Below are positions 1 through 7,510 of a stretch of 52,466 bases of DNA, piece by piece; position 1 is the stretch's first letter; every line of letters begins with the position of its first letter. The stretch comes from a virus (taxonomy: Duplodnaviria > Caudoviricetes): positions 1 through 52,466 of IMG/VR virus record IMGVR_UViG_3300037042_001548; one strand, 5' to 3'. The position numbers were made by a program, and so were the translations under genes. The notes under the pieces were generated by a model, which worked only from the letters and a program-made list of their open reading frames with translations, made no database searches and had not been told where the DNA came from.

Positions 1-558
1 GGCTCATACACCGGCATCACCGGGGTTGGTACGCTGACCGCTGGCACATGGAACGCAACTGCGATTTCTGACACCTACCTGTCTACCATCTCAACGGCTG
101 GCAAGGTATCAAACAGCGCCACGACTGCAACGAACGCCAACACAGCCAGTGCCATTGTGGCCAGGGATGCGTCTGGTGATTTTGCTGCAAACATCATTAC
201 CGCCAGCCTGACCGGCAACGCAAGCACGGCAACGTCGGCCACCACAGCAACCAACATTGCTGGTGGAACTGCTGGGGCAATCCCATACAACACCGGAGCA
301 GGCGCAACGTCGTTTTTGTCGTTGGGCACAAACGGGTATGTCCTGACTGCTGGCGCAACAGCGCCTCAGTATACTGATATCTCCACGGTGTCTGTTGGCA
401 CGGCTACAAACCTTGCGGGCGGCATCGCCAGTCAAATTCCGTATCAGTCTGCTGCAGGGGCAACAGGTTTCATTGCAAACGGCACTGCAGGTCAAGTATT
501 GACATCGGCAGGAACTGGAGTGCCAACATGGTCTGGCATATCTGGCGGGACATTCTGA
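1..558 (+). CDS. tail fibre protein, 5'-truncated by the window edge
   Basis: Frame 1 is open from base 1 (GSYTGITGVGTLTAGTWNAT...). Gly/Thr/Ala-rich fibre repeats (ATNIAGG..G.IPY; GT.GQVLTS.G) and a C-terminal GGTF. Confidence 0.8.
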   Translation, partial: GSYTGITGVGTLTAGTWNATAISDTYLSTISTAGKVSNSATTATNANTASAIVARDASGDFAANIITASLTGNASTATSATTATNIAGGTAGAIPYNTGAGATSFLSLGTNGYVLTAGATAPQYTDISTVSVGTATNLAGGIASQIPYQSAAGATGFIANGTAGQVLTSAGTGVPTWSGISGGTF

Positions 559-567
559 GGAAAAATC

Positions 568-1215
568 ATGGCACAAGTAGGCTACACACCAATTCAGTTG
601 TATCATTCAACCACTGCTTCTGCGGCGCCTACAGCAGGCAATCTGGCAGCTGGCGAGCTTGCCATCAATACAAACGACGGCAAACTGTACTATGAAGACA
701 GTGGTGGCGTCGTGCAGGTTTTGGCCACAAAAGCCGGTGCATCGGGTGATGTGGTTGGCCCGGCATCGGCCACGGCAAATGCAATCGCTCTTTTCGATGG
801 CACGACCGGCAAACTCATCAAGGATAGCGCAGCTACCTTGCCTGCTGGCTCTCTAGTCGGAACAACCGCCACTCAGACGCTGACCAACAAACGGATTGAC
901 CCCAGGGTATCCAGTGCGGCTTCTGCGTCCTCTGTAACGCCCGACATCAGTTCCTTTGATCAGTACGCCTTTACGGCCCTGGCGGCGGATCTGACAATCA
1001 ACGCCCCCGGAGGAACGCCCGTGGACGGCAACAAATTGGTCTTTAGAATTCTTGACAACGGCACCACAAGAACTTTGACATGGAACGCCACTTACACTGT
1101 AATTGGCACCACTTTGCCGACCGCAACAACAGCAAACAAGATGGTCTATGTTGGATGCATCTACAACGCGGCAAACTCTCGTTGGGATGTTGTTGCCGTC
1201 ACCACACAAGCATAA
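568..1215 (+). CDS. tail fibre/adaptor protein with an Mtd-N-like N-terminal domain
   Basis: 215 aa; N-terminal LAAGELAINTNDGKLYY motif typical of phage fibre-anchoring domains; GAGG RBS upstream. Confidence 0.7.
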   Translation: MAQVGYTPIQLYHSTTASAAPTAGNLAAGELAINTNDGKLYYEDSGGVVQVLATKAGASGDVVGPASATANAIALFDGTTGKLIKDSAATLPAGSLVGTTATQTLTNKRIDPRVSSAASASSVTPDISSFDQYAFTALAADLTINAPGGTPVDGNKLVFRILDNGTTRTLTWNATYTVIGTTLPTATTANKMVYVGCIYNAANSRWDVVAVTTQA

Positions 1216-1224
1216 GGAGCAATC

Positions 1225-1392
1225 ATGCAAATCATTTTCAAATTTGACACCCCGTTTGGCTCGTTCTGCGATGCATTGAACCTGCCCGATGACCACGGCC
1301 TGTCCGATGAGCAGATTGAGGCCATGAAGCAAGAGCGCCTGACCAACTGGCTTGCGGTGGTCAATCCCACCATTGAAGCTCCGCAGGAGTAA
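1225..1392 (+). CDS. small hypothetical protein (55 aa), possible fibre-assembly accessory
   Basis: Not in the ORF track. MQIIFKFDTPFGSFCDALNLPDDHGLSDEQIEAMKQERLTNWLAVVNPTIEAPQE; AAGGAG RBS; fills the gap between two tail genes. Confidence 0.75.
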   Translation: MQIIFKFDTPFGSFCDALNLPDDHGLSDEQIEAMKQERLTNWLAVVNPTIEAPQE

Positions 1393-1395
1393 GGC

Positions 1396-3771
1396 ATGGC
1401 CAACAGGTATTGGGTTGGCGGCACGAACTTTTGGAACAATTCGACCCTCCGCTGGTCTGCTACTGACGGCGGGGCCAGTGGTGCGTCTGTTCCCGGTTCA
1501 GGTGACGATGTGTTTTTTACTGCCCTGTCAGGGGCGGTAACTGTTTCATGGACTTTAAGCTCAAGCACTGTTGTGCGTAGTATTAACTGCACAGGTTTTA
1601 CAGGTACTCTTGCAACAGGTGGATTTTCAAAAACCCTTAACTCCACAGGCACGGTTTGGACTTCACCGTCAACCTGCACAATTACTGGCGCACCAACACT
1701 AACTGTAAGTTCTACGGGTTCTACAGCCATATCGGTGACCTGTAATCATGCCAGCCCAAGCGCTACCAATGCTCCAAACTTTAGTTTTACGGGCGGCACT
1801 TATGCGCTAACCTTGAGCGGCACAGGGTTTAGAGCGTTGACATTTACGGGAAGTAGTTGCACCGCCTCTGGTTCTATTTCCATGTACCAGAATTTGACCT
1901 TATCGTCTGGCGGCACATTTACCTCTCTTGTTCCAACATTCCGCGCATCTGGAACCCTCACCAGCGCAGGCAGGACGCTTAGCGCTACAACTGTTAATGG
2001 CTCAGGCATCACCGTTACTCTTGCCGATGCGATGCTCATCACAGGTGCGAGCGGCTTCGGTTTTACCCTGACTCAAGGCACAATTAGCCTTGCCGGGTTT
2101 ACTTTAACCGCGCCTCGGTTTTCATCCTCCGGTAGTAATACTCGCGCCATAAACTTTGGCTCAGGTGGTGGCATTACACTAACTGAAAGGGACATAGATT
2201 TATTTCGGATGGATACCGCCACCAACTTTACACGGTCGGGTACGGGAGGAATTACGCTGACGGGTGGCGGCGGCAATGGGCGTTTTAGCTTTGGCACCAC
2301 GGGAGGAGCAACTAGTTCAAACGTACTTGACCTAACCATTACAACTTCTGCGGGGTTAGTTGTCGAGTTTCCTTCTGGCTCATCAGTCAGGAGCATCAAC
2401 TGCCCCAGTGGGAATCCTTCGCTACAAACAATATCTGGCACCACTAATTTGTATGGCAACCTGACTTTGATTGCTGGTGTTGGCAGCATTTACCCCTTTT
2501 CCCCTACATTTTTAGCTTCTGCAACTGTTACAAGCAACGGTATGACGCTTCGCAGCACAACTGTAAACGGCTCTGGAATTACAGTCACGCTTGCGGATGC
2601 AATGACGTTGGGCACAGACAACACGTTCACGCTTACTGAAGGCACACTTGACCTTGCCGGGTTTACTTTGAGTGCGGGTACTTTTAGTTCCAGTAACAGC
2701 AACACCAGAGCAATTTCTTTTGGCTCTGGCAACATTGCACTGACCAGCACAACCGCAGCAACGACCGTGCTGTCAATGGCTACAGCCACAGGCTTTACTT
2801 GGACTGGCACAGGCGAATTTACCCGAAATCAAGCGGCGACCGCCACAATGGTATTTGGAACTTCTGGCGGAACAACTTCAAACGCGCCTAATTTGACAGT
2901 CAATGCTGGTGCTTCGGCGTTGACCTTTACAACCTCCAGTTGGTTTAGAGATATTAACTTTACTGGCAGCACTTGTGCGCCCACCGGGTCTATAAACAAT
3001 GTCGGAAACCTGACCCTTGCGTCTGGGGGAACTTACACAACGCTTGCCCTAAACTTTCGCGCATCTGCAACAATTACCAGCACGGGCAGGACGGTTAATG
3101 GTGTTCAAGTTAATGGCAGTGGAATTACAGTCACACTCGCCGATGCGATGACGATTCTTTCAAACGGCACGCTCACGCTTACGCAAGGCACATTTACCGC
3201 TGCAAACTTCAATGTAACGGCGGGTCTTTTTTCTTCAAGCAATAGCAATACTCGTACCTTGAACATGGGCAGTGGTACTTGGACTATATCTGGCAGTGGC
3301 GCGACCGCGTGGAACACGGCCACTATAACGGGCCTTACGGTTGTCCCAAGCACCTCCACAATAACCATGACAAACGCATCGGCGAAGACTTTTGCTGGCG
3401 GGGGGTTGACCTATTACAACCTCAACCAAGGCGGCGCTGGAACGCTCACCATCAGCGGCTCCAACACCTTCAACAACATCACCAACAGCACCCAGCCTGC
3501 TACGGTGACGTTCACAGCGGGCACAACGCAGACTGTATCCGCCTTCGGTCTGTCGGGGACTGCTGGGAATCTGATCACCATCAACAGCACCACGCCGGGT
3601 TCTCAGTTCACCTTGTCCGATGCTTCTGGCACGATCAACGCACAGTACCTGTCAATCCGAGACAGCAACGCCACCGGTGGGGCGGTGTGGAACGCGCTTT
3701 CCAGTACCAACCTGGGCAACAACACCGGCTGGATTTTTCCCGGTGGCAATATGTTTTTGATGTTTATTTGA
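1396..3771 (+). CDS. beta-helical tail adhesin / receptor-binding protein
   Basis: 791 aa, Thr/Ser/Gly-rich. Starts MANRYWVGG, has three internal VNGSGITVTLADAM repeats, ends NNTGWIF..MFLMFI. Confidence 0.7.
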   Translation: MANRYWVGGTNFWNNSTLRWSATDGGASGASVPGSGDDVFFTALSGAVTVSWTLSSSTVVRSINCTGFTGTLATGGFSKTLNSTGTVWTSPSTCTITGAPTLTVSSTGSTAISVTCNHASPSATNAPNFSFTGGTYALTLSGTGFRALTFTGSSCTASGSISMYQNLTLSSGGTFTSLVPTFRASGTLTSAGRTLSATTVNGSGITVTLADAMLITGASGFGFTLTQGTISLAGFTLTAPRFSSSGSNTRAINFGSGGGITLTERDIDLFRMDTATNFTRSGTGGITLTGGGGNGRFSFGTTGGATSSNVLDLTITTSAGLVVEFPSGSSVRSINCPSGNPSLQTISGTTNLYGNLTLIAGVGSIYPFSPTFLASATVTSNGMTLRSTTVNGSGITVTLADAMTLGTDNTFTLTEGTLDLAGFTLSAGTFSSSNSNTRAISFGSGNIALTSTTAATTVLSMATATGFTWTGTGEFTRNQAATATMVFGTSGGTTSNAPNLTVNAGASALTFTTSSWFRDINFTGSTCAPTGSINNVGNLTLASGGTYTTLALNFRASATITSTGRTVNGVQVNGSGITVTLADAMTILSNGTLTLTQGTFTAANFNVTAGLFSSSNSNTRTLNMGSGTWTISGSGATAWNTATITGLTVVPSTSTITMTNASAKTFAGGGLTYYNLNQGGAGTLTISGSNTFNNITNSTQPATVTFTAGTTQTVSAFGLSGTAGNLITINSTTPGSQFTLSDASGTINAQYLSIRDSNATGGAVWNALSSTNLGNNTGWIFPGGNMFLMFI

Positions 3772-3782
3772 TGGATAAAGAA

Positions 3783-3962
3783 ATGTCTACGATTGACGCA
3801 ACAGAGGCTCGATTAACCACGCACGAAGAGGTGTGCGCCATCCGCTACGAGCAGATCAACGCACGGCTCAAGCGCATAGAGGCCATTATGATAAAGACTG
3901 CTGGGATCATGCTCGTCAGCATGGCCGGGACGATCTTCGCGGCCATCTGGATAACCAAGTAG
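3783..3962 (+). CDS. small membrane protein (XhlA/holin-like; coiled coil plus C-terminal TM)
   Basis: Probable true start MSTIDATEARLTTHEEVCAIRYEQI; one C-terminal hydrophobic helix; first gene of the lysis cluster. Confidence 0.65.
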   Translation: MSTIDATEARLTTHEEVCAIRYEQINARLKRIEAIMIKTAGIMLVSMAGTIFAAIWITK

Positions 3963-3971
3963 GCGACAAAG

Positions 3972-4424
3972 ATGGATGTCACAAAGGTCATCGGTGCTGT
4001 TGCCGCAAGTGTTGCCGCGCTTGGTGGAAGCTATACGCTTGCAGACAAATTTGGCTGGTTTGATCGCGCTATCATTGAGTGGTCTCCTGAAAACTTCAAG
4101 ATCACGGCTGAGGCTGGCAAACCCATCAATGTCACGGTTGCGCGGATTAAGAAGCGCGACGATTGCTCTGTCGAGAGCTTCACCCCCAGCATCAGGGATG
4201 CCGCTGGGATGGTGCACGCAGCCACCACCACGGCCAGCAAATTCTCGGGCCCAGCAGGGCCAGAGATTGACACCTTCACCTACCAGCTCACGATGGTGCA
4301 GAAAGAGAAGATCGCTGATGGCAAGGCCACTCTGCTGGCAACGATCAAGTACAAATGCCCAGAGGGTGAGCGCGTTGTGCAGTACCCGCGCCACCCCAAC
4401 CTAAGTTTTGACCTGAAGGGGTAA
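3972..4424 (+). CDS. hypothetical protein with an N-terminal hydrophobic anchor
   Basis: 150 aa, tightly packed in the lysis cluster; N-terminal TM/signal segment, beta-rich body, two Cys. Confidence 0.7.
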   Translation: MDVTKVIGAVAASVAALGGSYTLADKFGWFDRAIIEWSPENFKITAEAGKPINVTVARIKKRDDCSVESFTPSIRDAAGMVHAATTTASKFSGPAGPEIDTFTYQLTMVQKEKIADGKATLLATIKYKCPEGERVVQYPRHPNLSFDLKG

Positions 4425-4426
4425 TC

Positions 4427-4921
4427 ATGGACTGGCTCAAACAAATCGCACCTACGATTGCCACCGCACTGGGTGGGCCGCTTGCAGGTATGGCTGTATC
4501 TGCCATCTCCAAGGCCATCGGCGTGGACGAGGCCAAGGTGGGCGACATGATCTCCAACAATAAGCTGTCAGCCGAACAGATTGCACAGGTCAAGCTGGCC
4601 GAGATTGAGTTGCAAAAGCAGGCGCAAGAGCTGGGCCTCAACTTTGAAAAGCTGGAAGTCGAAGACAGGAAATCAGCGCGGGAGATGCAGGCCACTACCC
4701 GTTCAATGATGCCCCCAATACTGGCTGGCGCAGTCACCTTGGGTTTCTTCGGCATCATGGTGATGATGTTCTTCAACCAGATCGACAGCAGCAACCCAGC
4801 CATCCTGATGATGTTGGGCAGCTTGGGCACAGCATGGACGGGCATCATTGCCTACTATTTTGGCTCGAGCGCAGGCTCACAGGCCAAGACAGATTTGCTC
4901 ACAAAAGCCACAGGGAAATAA
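4427..4921 (+). CDS. holin (3TM-holin-like)
   Basis: IAPTIATALGGPLAG N-terminus, DRKSAREM motif, two C-terminal TMs ending YYFGSS; directly before the endolysin. Confidence 0.75.
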   Translation: MDWLKQIAPTIATALGGPLAGMAVSAISKAIGVDEAKVGDMISNNKLSAEQIAQVKLAEIELQKQAQELGLNFEKLEVEDRKSAREMQATTRSMMPPILAGAVTLGFFGIMVMMFFNQIDSSNPAILMMLGSLGTAWTGIIAYYFGSSAGSQAKTDLLTKATGK

Positions 4922-4922
4922 A

Positions 4923-5432
4923 ATGAAACAAAATTGGGACGACGCGCTCAAGCATATCCTCAAGTACGAGGGCGGTTACGTCAACCATCCCGATGATCCG
5001 GGCGGGATGACCAACTTGGGGGTGACCAAACGTGTCTGGGAAGAATGGACTGGCAAGCCTGCCACTGAAGCCGACATGCGTGGACTCACCGTTGAGATGG
5101 TTTCTCCGCTCTACAAGAAGCGGTATTGGGACGCTGTGCGCGGCGACGACCTTCCTTCTGGTGTTGATCTGTGCGTGTTTGATTGTGCCGTCAACGCTGG
5201 TGTTGGTAGGGCTAGTAAATTTCTACAGCAAGCTGTTGGAGTGAACGCCGATGGACAAATTGGCCCCATGACCGTTGCGGCCACTACAGCCAAGCCTGCT
5301 GAAGAAGTGATTGAGGCGTTCTGTAACCTGCGTGAGGCCCACTACAAGAGCTTGTCCACCTTTGCCACGTTCGGCAAGGGCTGGATGAGGCGACTTGAAG
5401 GCGTCGAGGCCGAGAGCTATCACATGGCCTAA
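4923..5432 (+). CDS. endolysin, glycoside hydrolase family 108 with peptidoglycan-binding domain
   Basis: EGGYVNHPDDPGGMTNLGVT catalytic motif; FDCAVNAG, DGQIGPMT, FGKGWMRR. Confidence 0.92.
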   Translation: MKQNWDDALKHILKYEGGYVNHPDDPGGMTNLGVTKRVWEEWTGKPATEADMRGLTVEMVSPLYKKRYWDAVRGDDLPSGVDLCVFDCAVNAGVGRASKFLQQAVGVNADGQIGPMTVAATTAKPAEEVIEAFCNLREAHYKSLSTFATFGKGWMRRLEGVEAESYHMA

Positions 5433-5467
5433 TAGGCCTGTGTTAATTGCAACCTGTAGGAGATACA

Positions 5468-5638
5468 ATGGCAACAAGTAAGCCTGTTTGGGAAAAACAA
5501 CGGCCCGCATCTCTTGGTAAGTCAAAGCCTTTGTCGCCGCAGAAAAAAGCGGCAGCCAAAGCAAGGGCAAAAGCCGCTGGGCGGCCTTACCCAAACCTTG
5601 TTGACAACATGGCAATGGCCAAAAAGCGGGGCAAGTAA
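5468..5638 (+). CDS. small basic hypothetical protein
   Basis: 56 aa Lys/Arg/Ala-rich (MATSKPVWEK...RPYPNLVDNM); AGGAG RBS. Confidence 0.7.
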   Translation: MATSKPVWEKQRPASLGKSKPLSPQKKAAAKARAKAAGRPYPNLVDNMAMAKKRGK

Positions 5639-5639
5639 G

Positions 5640-6275
5640 ATGACTTCTGCCGCAGCAATGACGTATAGCTCATTGGTGGATGACATTGAGTCATACTTGG
5701 AGCGTACTGATCAAGCCACCATTGAAAAGATCCCAACATTTGTCATGTTGGCAGAGCAAATCATTGCGTCTGAAATCAAGTTCATGGGCAACCTTACCGT
5801 CAACACCTTCAATTTGGTGCAAGGCGAAGCGGTTGTGCAAAAGCCTGCTCGTTGGCGCAAGACCGTGTCAATGAACATTGTAGTCAACGGCCAGCGTGAG
5901 CCCGTTTTGTTGCGTAAGTATGAGTACCTGCGCAACTACTGGCCTAATCCTACGCAGCAAGACACACCGCTATACTACGCTGACTACGACTACTTTCATT
6001 GGCTAGTTGCGCCTACGCCTAACGCCGCTTACGCAGCTGAAGTGCTTTACTACGAGCGTATTCAACCGCTAGACTCAAACAATCAAACCAATTGGTTTAC
6101 GATGTACGCGCCGCAGGCGCTGCTATATGGCACATTGCTCCAAGCAATGCCTTTTCTTAAGAACGACGCTCGTGTGCAACTTTGGCAAACAATGTACTCA
6201 CAGTACATGGCGGCGCTGAAAGCTGAAGACCTGCAGCGCCTGGGTGATCGTCAAACCGTAGCGGTGGATTCATGA
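5640..6275 (+). CDS. head-tail adaptor / tail tubular protein A-like
   Basis: MTYSSLVDDIESYLER...VAPTPNAAY...NQTNW...APQALLYGTLLQAMPFLKND pattern of podovirus adaptors; position before tail genes. Confidence 0.7.
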   Translation: MTSAAAMTYSSLVDDIESYLERTDQATIEKIPTFVMLAEQIIASEIKFMGNLTVNTFNLVQGEAVVQKPARWRKTVSMNIVVNGQREPVLLRKYEYLRNYWPNPTQQDTPLYYADYDYFHWLVAPTPNAAYAAEVLYYERIQPLDSNNQTNWFTMYAPQALLYGTLLQAMPFLKNDARVQLWQTMYSQYMAALKAEDLQRLGDRQTVAVDS

Positions 6276-7510
6276 CTACATACAGTTCCCCTTTTGCAGG
6301 TGACGTTGTACAGCCAACTGATGTTAGCTACGCAGCGTTTATCACAAGCACTGACATTGTTTTGCAGTGGCCTGTTAATGGCAATAGCTCAACTGACGTT
6401 GCGGCACGTGTCATGGACGTTGCTGCAAATGCTGCCAATCTTAAGATGTATATGCCACCGGCCAATCAGGTCTCGGTTGGCAATGACGCACTGATTTCAG
6501 TTACTGCAGGTAATGACCTTGAGATTGTTAGCTACAACGGCACAACCATATGCACTGTTGAAGTTGGAAAAAGCCAGTACATCTACGTTACTGACAACAG
6601 CACTGAAGATGGCACTTGGGGCGTAATTGCGTTTGGCGCAACAACATCCAGCGCAAACGCGGCAACGTTAGCAGGCGCAGGCTTAGTAGCTTCTTCCAAC
6701 ACGCTAAATCAAAGCCATCCATCAGCTAGTGCAGTAAATGGGCAGACTTTTAGCGCAGCAAATAGGGCAGAGACTGTTATTTGGATTGGTGGCTCTGGGT
6801 CAGGCACGTTGCCTACCGCCTTGTCAATTGGCGATAACTGGTTTATGCTGTTTAAGAACAACGGCAGTGGCACATACACTATAAATTGCACAGGCCTTAA
6901 CACAATTGATGGCGTATCAAGCAAAGGCTTTGCGCCAAACGAATCGGCGTTTATCGTGTGCACGGGCGCAGCATACGTGACCATTGGCTATGGCGTTAGC
7001 AACCAATTTGCGTTTACCGCGCTTGTTAAGCCTGTTGTTTCAGGTTCGTATACGCTTACAAACAATGAGGCGTCATCAACAATTCAAGAATTTACGGGTA
7101 CACTAACAGGCAATGTTACAGTTGTGTACCCACAAGTTGTTAACTTTTATGTTGTCTCAAACCAAGTTGTTGCAGGGGGTTATACACTCACTATTACGAC
7201 AGGCGTAGTTGGGGCGGCAAACGCCATTGTGCCTGCTGGGCAGCAAGCAACACTTGTGTGTGACGGCACAAACTTTTACAACGCCAATACTGTACAAGCA
7301 GGCGCAACAACGGTTAGTCTTGCAAACGGCACTGCGGCAAATCCTGCACTAAGTTTTGCCAGTGAGACTAATACAGGCATGTATCGTCCTGGCGCTGGGC
7401 AGCTTGCATTTTCGATACTTGGTACAGACCGCGCAGTTGTCTCTGCAAGTGGGGTAACTGTTACTGGCTCAGGCACGTTTACAACAGGCATTGCAGGAGG
7501 TACTTTCTAA
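6272..7510 (+). CDS. tail/fibre-anchor structural protein
   Basis: 412 aa beta-rich; GTAANPALSFASETNTGMYRPG fibre motif; C-terminal GGTF; ATGA overlap with the upstream gene. Confidence 0.7.
   Translation: MTTYSSPFAGDVVQPTDVSYAAFITSTDIVLQWPVNGNSSTDVAARVMDVAANAANLKMYMPPANQVSVGNDALISVTAGNDLEIVSYNGTTICTVEVGKSQYIYVTDNSTEDGTWGVIAFGATTSSANAATLAGAGLVASSNTLNQSHPSASAVNGQTFSAANRAETVIWIGGSGSGTLPTALSIGDNWFMLFKNNGSGTYTINCTGLNTIDGVSSKGFAPNESAFIVCTGAAYVTIGYGVSNQFAFTALVKPVVSGSYTLTNNEASSTIQEFTGTLTGNVTVVYPQVVNFYVVSNQVVAGGYTLTITTGVVGAANAIVPAGQQATLVCDGTNFYNANTVQAGATTVSLANGTAANPALSFASETNTGMYRPGAGQLAFSILGTDRAVVSASGVTVTGSGTFTTGIAGGTF

Noticed and set aside
568-3771. Diversity-generating retroelement, suggested by the Mtd-N-like domain
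   Set aside because: No reverse transcriptase and no template/variable repeat pair differing at adenines seen in the window.
3279-3782. N-terminal extension of the 227-aa ORF 3279-3962
   Set aside because: Overlaps the adhesin in another frame; only the last 59 codons look like a real gene.
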